Below the pieces are notes generated by a model that was given only the letters and a program-made list of their open reading frames with translations, ran no database searches and was not told the DNA's origin. A stretch of 64,000 nucleotides of DNA from Deltaproteobacteria bacterium (GTDB lineage Bacteria > Desulfobacterota_D > UBA1144 > Nemesobacterales > CSP1-2): the NCBI GenBank assembly GCA_052390235.1, contig JBQTHB010000002.1, positions 300,543 through 364,542 on the forward strand, in the 5' to 3' direction. Both the position numbers and the translations under genes were made by a program. Positions 30,138 to 38,327 of this stretch are shown here, in pieces. How positions within the stretch are numbered: the stretch's first letter is position 1; each line of letters opens with the position of its first letter.

Positions 30138-30185
30138 CAGCTGCGGCGCGTTTTGTGCGCCGTCAGCTGCATGCTGTTGTTAGGC
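30115..30185. repeat. attC-like site (integron cassette recombination site): GCCCAAC...GTTAGGC with imperfectly paired internal arms
   Basis: R''-type GCCCAAC (30115-21) and R'-type GTTAGGC (30179-85). The arms catcagctg-cggcgc and gcgccgtcagctgcatg pair with extrahelical bases. Confidence 0.55.
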
Positions 30186-30260
30186 GCTCACTTGATGTGT
30201 CCGCGTATCACTGCGAGGACACATCAACCTGCTCCAGTCCCTGCTGAGTCACGCGACACA

Positions 30261-33200
30261 CTACTTGCGGATACCATTCAGGAACTCGTCCACGTACGGG
30301 AAACTCCTCTCGATAACTTCCAGCAACGTCGTGCCGACCTGCGTGGTCAGCCGACTGAGATCAAAGCACTCCAAAACCGCACGCAGATGTTCGTCGCTGC
30401 CAGATTGAACACCGTGTCGCTCCAACAGATACCTGGCAACAACTTGCAGCTCGCTCGGAGGAATCTCCTCGAATGATCGCGGCCCCCTGGTTCGCAACCT
30501 GATCGGCGGGCTTCCCGTCATTCTGACAATGGAGAAAAGGATGCCGCTCTTACCAGCCTCATCTTCACAAACAACACGTCCCTGCCAAATGGCATGGGAC
30601 AGCACCTTGTTCATAGTGCTCTTGAGATCATGGCCCATTCGCTTGATGCCGCAGCCTCTCAGGTAGATGTCGTAGGCTCGTTTCGCAACCACTGGACCTT
30701 CGACCTCGACGATCCGGACAATGCCTTCCGAGACTCCATGCTCGTTGACGCTGCGAGGGTCATTCCCTGGAGGGCCGACATACTCCACATAATCGCTGAA
30801 TGGCAGATTGGCGTCTCGCGAGGTGACCGAAGAAACGATCAATCCCGTGCGGCCAAAGGGAATCCCGTCGTCGTTCGACGGATTCAGGCGAGCCTCTGCT
30901 GAAGGCGCGTCTCCTTTTGCTGAAGTGGTTCGTGCCGGCGGTACCTCAGAAAGCCATGCGTGAGCACTCTCGACAACCGCCGGCTCGATGAGAGAAGACA
31001 CGACGCGGTGCTCGGTATGCACGCTCCTCGGCGCGCCTTCGGCCCCAATCGGTTCGATGCCGCGTTCGGCTAACGTCTTCATGAGGTCGTCCAGGATGTC
31101 CTTGCGCCGCCGGATGAAGGCGGAGGCGAAACACCGCCAGAACACCCAACCGGCGCGCTCCAGGACGCGCTGGCGCTGCATGTCGTCGGCCCACTTGTCC
31201 GCTCCGTGGTACTTGTCGCCGTCGCATTCGACCGCCAGCCGCGCATCGTTGTGTCCCTCAACGACCATGTCGATGCGGTACTGGCCGACACGCACTTGTG
31301 GGGTGACCCAGTAGCCACGTTGCGTTAGTGCATCGTACATCTCGCCCTCGAAGGGGGACTCGCAAAGTGTGCGCAGATCCGCCACGCGAAGCTCATCCTG
31401 GGCGAAGGGTGTTGCGAAGTGCGCGATGAGACTGCGGCGCAACCGATCCGCATCGCTCAGATGCTCCAGTGCCACCGAGCGCACTAGGTACATCCGGTCC
31501 CTCGCGCGCGACGCTGCCACGTTGAAACGCTGGGCAAAAGTGTCGCGGGAGAGCGGCGCACCGACCTCGTTGGGCGCAGACACCATCGAGAGAAACATGA
31601 TGTCCCGCTCTTTACCCTGAAACGTGCGTGCATCGCCGCAAGCGATCTGATGGCGCTGCGTTAGTTCCGGTCCGAGTTCGGCGGTTAGCCGCTCCCATAT
31701 CAAAAGAGCCTGCTTGTCGGCGAGCAGCGAGACGACCCCGATTGAGCGCCGGGCCATGTTTGGGTCAGACACAATCGCCTTGATTTCATCGACGATGAAG
31801 CGCGCTTCGGACACATTGACGTCGCCATTGCGGTAGCCGTCTTCCACCACCACGTCCACGAGGGGCGGGTCGAGCCGCTCGGAGGCTTTGGGCATGCGCA
31901 GTGGCCGGAGCTCGTGATTGTAGAACTCCCGCTTAGAGTACTCGATGATCGGGCCGACGCAGCGGAAATGCTCCTTCAACATCACGGCGCTCTTGGCAAA
32001 GACTACTTTGAACAGATCATAGATGGAGCGCTCAGGAGACATCTGCGGGCGGTACGTTTCCACCTGATTGCCGAGGAAGCGACTCATAAGACTGCGAATC
32101 TTCTCTTCCTCAAGTCCGACGCCCTCTGGGGAGACTTGCTTGTCGTCGCCGACGATGAGGACTTTCTTCCCCCGTAACAAGGAAGGCAATGCCGTTAGGT
32201 CGGACTGCGACGCTTCGTCGATGATGACGAGGTCGAAGCAGCCGAGTTCTGCAGGCAGCGATTCGGACACGCGATAGTGCGGCATGATCCAGCACGGCAC
32301 GGCAGGATTCGCCTGCGATGCTGCCATCCGCGCATCCTGTCGATAGCGCACCGCACGCTTGCCAGTGCCCTTGCCGATTTTCTGAATGGCGTTGAGATAC
32401 GCCTGCAGGGCCGCCCGAATGCTGGGCGAAGCATTCTCTGCGAGCTTCAGCCACGTCCGCTTCACAACGATATCGCGATAGGCGCGCGACAAATCGCTCT
32501 CCACTTCGTGGCGATCCTTCGCCAGCTTCTTTAGCGCCTCCTGAGCGTCAATCAATTCGAGGTGGGTGGCGAGGCGCCTCAGGCGCCAAGCGGTGCGCCA
32601 GTTGTCCGGTAGAAGGCTATCCGCCGTGCTCTCAAGGGGTCGCCTGAGTGCATCCGCGTACTTGGGCGCCCCCGAGGACTCGATTTTTCCGCAAACCTCA
32701 TGCACGGCGGCGAGTTGCGTTCCCAAGCCAAGTACGCGCGACAGCTCCGCCATCAGCGCCGTCCAATCAGCCTGCATCCGGGTGTATTCAATCTCTGGGT
32801 TGCCGAGCGTCTCCGCAAGAAACCGACGAATGTCCTCTATGACGCGGCCCGTGCGGCCTACTAGTATCTTCTGAAACCGCTCTTTTTGGTACCAGACGTT
32901 GGCGAGTCGGTTTTTGGTGAGGTGGTGCCGCAGTGCCCTCTCCAGCTCAGCGAGTCGCTGCGTGTCATCCGCCAGCTGGCGGACGTGAGCCCAGTTGGGG
33001 AAGACGAGAGAAGCTGCGCCGCAGACTTCTCCTTCCGCTTTCACTACGCCCTTCACCTTGAGGTAGAGAGCGTAGTCTTGGGCGGCGGCCAGTCCGCCTT
33101 CCGGCTTGTCCCCCGGTAGGGCTTCAAGCTGTAGCTCGGGGGCAAGGGCGTTCCAGCGCAGGGCCAGCTCGCGCAGGGACTTCAACAACGCCAGATGCTC

Positions 33201-35117
33201 CGCGACATACTCCCAGCTCTCGGCGTTGGGAGGGGGATGGCCGAGAACCCGAATGCTGTCCAGCTGCTTCTTCTGGGTCGACTTGCCGAACAGTCCTTTC
33301 ACACCAAAGGGCCTTCGGCCCTTGGCGAGATTGCTCACGGCCTCTGCGATCTCGGCATCAAGCTCGATGCCTTCGGGTGTGGTAACCGGCCGCTCAAGAA
33401 ACGTCTTGCGCCGGTCGACAGCCTGCTCAAGCTCGGCGCCGAGAGCTTCTAGAATCGGCACCATGTTGTCGTTGCCGCCGCGCCGCAGACGTTCTCGCAT
33501 GGCGACGGTCCATGGTCGATGCGCCTGCGCGACTTCATCGCGTAGGCGCCGAAGGGCTTCGATGTCCGTGAGAAGTGTTTGAGCGAGGGCGAGCGTCTCC
33601 TGGCTCGAATCGGCGAGCGCCGGAACGTCGCCGCTCTCCACGCCCTGTTTCAGTTTTTCGAACTGCGACAGATCCTGGTGGACTTCGAGTACTGCCTTGG
33701 AGTCGGGAAACTCCACGAGTTGCGGAAGCGACGCATCGAGGTAGTCGATGTCTTGGCCTAGCGCACGCCTTGCATCCCGTAGCCGCACAACATCCGCGTC
33801 CACGAACTGCGGGGCGAACTCTGGAGTGACTCCAAGCGTGTCAGGAATCCACTCAAACTGGTCGACGTTCCTGGCCACTTCTCGCGCCGCGTCTTGAGGG
33901 TCAATCTCTTCGGTTTCCATCTTGACCGTGGCGAGGTTCCGCTGCGCCCATTCACCAATCTTGCGGTCAATGCTGGCAAGCTTGCCGTGGAGGGCATCAA
34001 TGGACTCTCCAAGATGGTTGATGGCTCTCGCGGTGCTGGCGCGGTCGAGGCCCTGCACCTCGGAGGCAATCTTCTGGATCGCATACTCGAACTGCTTCAT
34101 CCCTTCCTGTTCGCTGGTCAGCAGCGAAATGGCGAGCGGACGGATTTCCTGAGGGAGCTGGTCTTGGAGCACCGCCAATGCCGGGTCCTTCATGGAGGTC
34201 ACAAGCACCCGTTTGCCTTCAGCCAGGTAGTGACAGATGACGTTGGCGATCGTGTGTGTCTTGCCAGTGCCAGGTGGACCCTGCACGACTACGCCATCGG
34301 AGTTATCCAGCAGCTGGATGATGCGGACCTGCTCGTCGTTAAAGGCTTTGGGGAAGTAGAGGTCACGAGCCTTCTTGCCGCTCGCGTTGTCCTGTGGTTG
34401 ATATGAAGCGGAGACCCCACGGAACGTCAGCAGTTCGACGACCGGGTTGGAGGTGTCCGGGTCGGTCACAACGGCAGCCACTGCGGGTGGGTAGGACTTC
34501 GCTTCTTCGGCGCGTTTCTTCAGCTTCTCCAGGTCCTGCAGAAACAAGCTGTTGGTGCGCGGACGCGCAAAGAGCACCCACGTATCAGTGACTTTGAGTT
34601 TGTCGTCGGACTTCGGCAGCGTCCGGTCGGCATCCGACACTTCGTTCGGCCAGTAGATGCCGTTCGCGTCGAGGTTGGTAGCCGCGGTGCGAAGCAAGGG
34701 CTCGAAGGTTCCGCGGTCGTACGGCGAAAACGTTGTTGTAGCCTTCCCGAAGAACTCCTTCGCCGCTTTCTCCAGCTCGGCAACGCCGGGGTTATCGACG
34801 GATGCGTACCAGTCCACCTCTATACGAGCATCGACATCCCGAGGTCGGATTTCCATTTCAGCCGTCACAGGGTTGAGCGACATTTCGGCCAGCCGCCCGA
34901 CCAAGGGATAGCTCACAGTGGCGCCTTTGGAGTTCCAGATTCCGAGCCCCAGGAGAGTTCGAGTTGCGCTTCGACGATGCTGCCATCGAGTTGCTGCTTG
35001 AGCGTGAAAAGCTGGGAGTAAAGGCGAATGGTCTTGCGCCGGAGTTTCTCTTCTTCGGCCCAGGGGCGCCACTTCGTGTCGAGGTACGTGGCGAACTGGG
35101 ACCTGACCATGGCACAT
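30261..35117 (-). CDS. SF1 helicase (AAA_11/AAA_12, Upf1/Dna2-like) fused to a Vsr-like/DUF559 restriction-endonuclease-fold domain and DUF3320; defence-type protein; about 63% GC
   Basis: Walker A VVVQGPPGTGKTHT; Walker B DLVIIDEASQ; VGDDKQVSP; endonuclease-fold motif RIDMVVEGHNDARLAVECDGDKYHG; C-terminal DUF3320-like tail. The N-terminal 60 aa as called are probably out of frame (see 34913-35590). Confidence 0.8.
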   Translation of the reverse strand: MCHGQVPVRHVPRHEVAPLGRRRETPAQDHSPLLPAFHAQAATRWQHRRSATRTLLGLGIWNSKGATVSYPLVGRLAEMSLNPVTAEMEIRPRDVDARIEVDWYASVDNPGVAELEKAAKEFFGKATTTFSPYDRGTFEPLLRTAATNLDANGIYWPNEVSDADRTLPKSDDKLKVTDTWVLFARPRTNSLFLQDLEKLKKRAEEAKSYPPAVAAVVTDPDTSNPVVELLTFRGVSASYQPQDNASGKKARDLYFPKAFNDEQVRIIQLLDNSDGVVVQGPPGTGKTHTIANVICHYLAEGKRVLVTSMKDPALAVLQDQLPQEIRPLAISLLTSEQEGMKQFEYAIQKIASEVQGLDRASTARAINHLGESIDALHGKLASIDRKIGEWAQRNLATVKMETEEIDPQDAAREVARNVDQFEWIPDTLGVTPEFAPQFVDADVVRLRDARRALGQDIDYLDASLPQLVEFPDSKAVLEVHQDLSQFEKLKQGVESGDVPALADSSQETLALAQTLLTDIEALRRLRDEVAQAHRPWTVAMRERLRRGGNDNMVPILEALGAELEQAVDRRKTFLERPVTTPEGIELDAEIAEAVSNLAKGRRPFGVKGLFGKSTQKKQLDSIRVLGHPPPNAESWEYVAEHLALLKSLRELALRWNALAPELQLEALPGDKPEGGLAAAQDYALYLKVKGVVKAEGEVCGAASLVFPNWAHVRQLADDTQRLAELERALRHHLTKNRLANVWYQKERFQKILVGRTGRVIEDIRRFLAETLGNPEIEYTRMQADWTALMAELSRVLGLGTQLAAVHEVCGKIESSGAPKYADALRRPLESTADSLLPDNWRTAWRLRRLATHLELIDAQEALKKLAKDRHEVESDLSRAYRDIVVKRTWLKLAENASPSIRAALQAYLNAIQKIGKGTGKRAVRYRQDARMAASQANPAVPCWIMPHYRVSESLPAELGCFDLVIIDEASQSDLTALPSLLRGKKVLIVGDDKQVSPEGVGLEEEKIRSLMSRFLGNQVETYRPQMSPERSIYDLFKVVFAKSAVMLKEHFRCVGPIIEYSKREFYNHELRPLRMPKASERLDPPLVDVVVEDGYRNGDVNVSEARFIVDEIKAIVSDPNMARRSIGVVSLLADKQALLIWERLTAELGPELTQRHQIACGDARTFQGKERDIMFLSMVSAPNEVGAPLSRDTFAQRFNVAASRARDRMYLVRSVALEHLSDADRLRRSLIAHFATPFAQDELRVADLRTLCESPFEGEMYDALTQRGYWVTPQVRVGQYRIDMVVEGHNDARLAVECDGDKYHGADKWADDMQRQRVLERAGWVFWRCFASAFIRRRKDILDDLMKTLAERGIEPIGAEGAPRSVHTEHRVVSSLIEPAVVESAHAWLSEVPPARTTSAKGDAPSAEARLNPSNDDGIPFGRTGLIVSSVTSRDANLPFSDYVEYVGPPGNDPRSVNEHGVSEGIVRIVEVEGPVVAKRAYDIYLRGCGIKRMGHDLKSTMNKVLSHAIWQGRVVCEDEAGKSGILFSIVRMTGSPPIRLRTRGPRSFEEIPPSELQVVARYLLERHGVQSGSDEHLRAVLECFDLSRLTTQVGTTLLEVIERSFPYVDEFLNGIRK

Positions 35118-35590
35118 CTGTCGTAGTCGGAGAGCATGACAGTCGCCTCGGGGGCGATGACCGGTCTGCCCTGCTCTGGTGAACTTGCCGATGAATAATA
35201 TGTGCCCTCTGCAATCAGGCTGGCGCCGTCCGTGGCCTCGCGCAGCCGCGGCTCTTCAGTTGTCCCCTGCGCCATCTGCACCCAAGGCCGCAGTAACGGG
35301 CTGGCAATACCCGGAGGCCTCATCTCGTGCAGCCGCTCAACGGCAAGCCAAATCTCGTCCTCGCTCTCGGGGCCGTTGACGTTAAGGCGAATGCCTGGCA
35401 GTCCTTGAATCTCGTGCTCGTAGAGTGCGAAGAGACCGTGTGCGGCAACGGTAGCGGCTGGCTTGCCTCGCAGCCGCGCGGACTGCTGAGAGAATTCGAT
35501 GAGGGAGAGAAGCCGAGTCTTTTCCTCGTTCATGAGGCTTCTCATGTCATTGTCTGGGGTTTCAAAACATCGCATTCTTATCACCCGCAT
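34913..35590 (-). CDS. Probable N-terminal (DUF4011-like) segment of the helicase gene, in a different frame, implying a frameshift near 34950-35000
   Basis: 225-aa ORF starting 13 nt after the attC and overlapping the helicase ORF by about 200 nt in another frame. Confidence 0.45.
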   Translation of the reverse strand: MRVIRMRCFETPDNDMRSLMNEEKTRLLSLIEFSQQSARLRGKPAATVAAHGLFALYEHEIQGLPGIRLNVNGPESEDEIWLAVERLHEMRPPGIASPLLRPWVQMAQGTTEEPRLREATDGASLIAEGTYYSSASSPEQGRPVIAPEATVMLSDYDRCAMVRSQFATYLDTKWRPWAEEEKLRRKTIRLYSQLFTLKQQLDGSIVEAQLELSWGSESGTPKAPL

Positions 35591-35604
35591 CAGGCGTCAG
35601 GTGC

Positions 35605-35664
35605 GCCTAACGCCTGAATTAAGCCGCGCCGCGAAGCGGCATCGGCTTGAATGAATTGTTAGGC
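35605..35664. repeat. attC site (about 60 bp): GCCTAAC...GTTAGGC core and inverse core with internal imperfect palindrome
   Basis: GCCTAACgcctgaattaagccgcgccgcgaagcggcatcggcttgaatgaattGTTAGGC; begins 2 nt after the stop of the upstream cassette ORF. Confidence 0.65.
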
Positions 35665-35665
35665 A

Positions 35666-36169
35666 CTACTTGCCTACCAGTACGGCGTCCATGTCGTACT
35701 GGTAGTAGGCACGGTCAGCACATTTGGCGTTGAACCTAGCGACAGCGGCATTGACTTGCTCCACGCGTGCGTTTGCGTCAGGTAAGCGATTGTTATGGGC
35801 TGCTACGAGCTGTCGATGGCGATCAACAAGGGCGTTAAAACTATCAATGGAGTCTTGGCTATAAACGTCGACCAGACCTTCCTGTGCAGTAATTTCTGTC
35901 TCTAACCGATTGATTTTTACTGCATTTGCGGCAATTGAAGCCTGAAGTTGATCAACTTGGTCGCCACTCGCGTTAATCGCATTTTGCTCTTTGACGCATT
36001 GCGACAGTTGATCGCGTGCAAGCACTGGCCCTTTGTGCCGCGCGCCAATTGATAGACCACGAGTACGAAAGCCAGCACGACGGCGTCCGCGAGCATCTGC
36101 ATCTTGGATGATCAATGTGATAGCAAACCCGAACAAGCCAAAAAGTGCGGCTCTTCTACTAACGGACAT
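35666..36169 (-). CDS. Hypothetical secreted coiled-coil protein (first integron cassette ORF)
   Basis: Start MSVSRRAALFGLFGFAITLI with a GGGGAG RBS, about 25 nt after the attI junction core ACCCAAC (36191-97). Confidence 0.55.
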   Translation of the reverse strand: MSVSRRAALFGLFGFAITLIIQDADARGRRRAGFRTRGLSIGARHKGPVLARDQLSQCVKEQNAINASGDQVDQLQASIAANAVKINRLETEITAQEGLVDVYSQDSIDSFNALVDRHRQLVAAHNNRLPDANARVEQVNAAVARFNAKCADRAYYQYDMDAVLVGK

Positions 36170-36190
36170 GATTGAACTCCCCACTGTAGC

Positions 36191-36324
36191 ACCCAACTTA
36201 TGATTGAGCGGAATCATTCCGCCTAATCACCGAATTTTGTGTATTATCTGAAACAATTCGGGATAATAATCTTAATATCCAGAATGAAAGTAAACTCTTT
36301 TCGGGAGTTTCGCAAGAGCAATTT
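36191..36324. promoter_or_regulatory. Putative attI region with cassette promoter, between the intI' start and the first cassette
   Basis: The junction core ACCCAAC reads GTTGGGT on the cassette strand; AT-rich 130 bp upstream of the intI fragment. Confidence 0.35.
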
Positions 36325-36673
36325 ATGGAAAATAAGCCAAAAATGTTGGAACAAGTCAGAATGGTCGCCAGAGCAAGACATTTGAGTCATAAGACCGAAG
36401 ACGTTTATCATAATCGCATCAAGCGGTTTATTTTGTTTCACAACAAACAACATCCGAAGGAAATGAGCAATGGCAGGGGTTGAGAAATTCTTGACCTATC
36501 TTGCCGTAGAGAAATATGTGTCTGCCTCTACCCAGAATCAGGCGTTCAGCGCCTTATTGTTCCTTTACCGAGAGGTACTCAATAAACCCTTGGAAGGTCC
36601 AATCAACTCTTTGCGTGCGAAGCGACCTAAAAGACTGCCGACAGTTTTGACCCGGGAGGGTAGCTTTGCCTGA
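36325..36673 (+). pseudogene. intI: Integron integrase (IntI) N-terminal fragment, frameshifted at about 36470 and truncated after about 117 aa
   Basis: MENKPKMLEQVRMVARARHLSHKTEDVYHNRIKRFILFHNKQHPKEM, then GVEKFLTYLAVEKYVSASTQNQAFSALLFLYREVLNKPLEGPINSLRAKRPKRLPTVLTREG. This closely matches the IntI N-terminal domain, for example the FHNKKHP...EEFLTYLAV...STQNQALNALLFLY...RLPVVLT pattern of Vibrio IntIA. No catalytic domain is present. Confidence 0.75.
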
Positions 36674-36866
36674 TTCTGGGCTTCCTCCTTGGGCGAGGGG
36701 GATATTCAAGTCCTGCGACGGGGTTTCCAGCCAGCCCTCTGTATCGCCCGCCGCTAGACCGGAGGATTCAAAAACCAGCGTCAGAGCGAATAGAATCTGC
36801 GCTACCCGGAAAATTCTGGATTTTTTCATCTGCTCCTCCTAGAGGCGGGGTGCCGCCATTTGACTG

Positions 36867-37328
36867 TTAATTCAGCGTTACTGCCATTGGGACTCTGAGC
36901 GTGTTGGCAAAATATGCCTCATAGCCGCCGTCCCCGTATAAAAACGCCGAGCCGTCGTCGAACACTACTGTCAGCGCGTTCTCTGCCTTGAAGGCATCGC
37001 TTTGGCTCACGCGCTGCCACTCTCCCATGGCGGCAGGATGAGCCGAGTCCACGTCCGCCGCCGAGACTTCTCTATCAATAAAATTGACGATTCTCTCTTT
37101 TATATTGTGGATAAATCCCTCGATAATATCTCTGCGCTCATTAGGGGAAATCTCCTCTGCGCCTGAGCGTGTGTTCCACTGCGAATCCGCCGGGAATATT
37201 CTGCGACAGCGCCGCGCAACGCATCCCGCCACTCCGTAGCCGCAGAATGTCTCCGCGTCCGGGGATTTGCGGCTCAGTTCAAGCCCGATGTCTCCTGCGG
37301 TTCTCTGGCGTTTTTCCACACGTTTCAT
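36867..37328 (-). CDS. Hypothetical protein
   Basis: Start MKRVEKRQRTAGD with a GGAGG RBS; 154 aa. Confidence 0.45.
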   Translation of the reverse strand: MKRVEKRQRTAGDIGLELSRKSPDAETFCGYGVAGCVARRCRRIFPADSQWNTRSGAEEISPNERRDIIEGFIHNIKERIVNFIDREVSAADVDSAHPAAMGEWQRVSQSDAFKAENALTVVFDDGSAFLYGDGGYEAYFANTLRVPMAVTLN

Positions 37329-37553
37329 TAAATAATCTCCTCTTAATGGTACTCTGATACTGATATTGATAATCAATCTGAATCTACATCGGCTCGGCGG
37401 CTGTGTCAAGGGTTTCCGGGAGGAATTTTGAAGCCGCTGGCGTGGGCTGATTAGATAATTCCAAATAAATATGTCAGGATATAGCGGTATCTGAACTTTC
37501 CTGGTGAACCGCTCGCGGCTGGGCGGCAATTTCAATGTAATGGAGGAATATCT

Positions 37554-38327
37554 ATGGCTATTGGTGTCTGTCCTACATTTTGGCTCGATAAACCGCAAAC
37601 CGATAGGCTCAAGGCTCTGGCTAGGGCGGGAGGCGACGGCGCGATTGAACTATTGCGCGGGACTCAACCGGCGCCGCGACCTGGTCAATATGAAGACTTG
37701 AGCTTGAAGCTGTATTTCAGCGCTGGGGGTGATCCATCGGGCGGGCCCGATACAATGGTAGTAACTCTGCTAATTGTAAACCTCGGCGCTGAACCGTTGC
37801 TTTTGTCGGAACCCCCCGCTGACCCCTGGGGACAACTCCGCTACGCCCCAGTGGTGATGAATCGCCTCGATGCGTTTGATAAACCGCGGGGTTCTGACCG
37901 TGTTGGCGACCCCCTGCCATCTGGCTTTGTGAAGCAGGAGAGCTATAGTTGGGACAAACATAGCGAGTGGGTACAATTCTGGATTGACCCCGCCCCGATA
38001 GACGCCCTAGGAGCGGGCTCGTCGTCGGTCGGGGTATTTCAAATTGTCAAAGATTACGGGATGTACTCAGGCGCGGGAGGCGCGGTTAAATTATCTAGCT
38101 CCGGGCGTTTTGACCACTGCTATATCGGGGGCGAATACAACTATAATAGCGTTAAAAACTGCGGCGCTATCGGTATGAAAGACTGCGGCACTGCGCGGGA
38201 CTTCTTTGATAAATTTGTCGCCGGCGCTGAGCGTTATACCGATACCGATGCCTCAGGCTCTGGGGCTTACTGCGCTTGCAGTAGCATAAACGGTCCTTTC
38301 AACTGTATAACGGCGGTGATTCCATAA
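37554..38327 (+). CDS. Hypothetical Cys-rich protein, first gene of a three-gene operon
   Basis: 257 aa; C-terminal Cys cluster (CYIGG...NCGAIGMKDCG...YCACSS...NCI). Confidence 0.5.
   Translation: MAIGVCPTFWLDKPQTDRLKALARAGGDGAIELLRGTQPAPRPGQYEDLSLKLYFSAGGDPSGGPDTMVVTLLIVNLGAEPLLLSEPPADPWGQLRYAPVVMNRLDAFDKPRGSDRVGDPLPSGFVKQESYSWDKHSEWVQFWIDPAPIDALGAGSSSVGVFQIVKDYGMYSGAGGAVKLSSSGRFDHCYIGGEYNYNSVKNCGAIGMKDCGTARDFFDKFVAGAERYTDTDASGSGAYCACSSINGPFNCITAVIP

Noticed and set aside
30190-30225. Perfect 11-bp-stem hairpin (ttgatgtgtcc...ggacacatcaa) just after the helicase stop, as a rho-independent terminator
   Set aside because: There is no following T-run. It may be structural or part of the cassette 3' region, so it is not annotated as a terminator.
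30988-35408. Numerous 60-170-aa ORFs on both strands within 30.2-35.6 kb (for example 33106..33582+, 32110..32454-)
   Set aside because: They are antisense or off-frame ORFs typical of high-GC DNA, lying inside the well-supported 1618-aa helicase gene.
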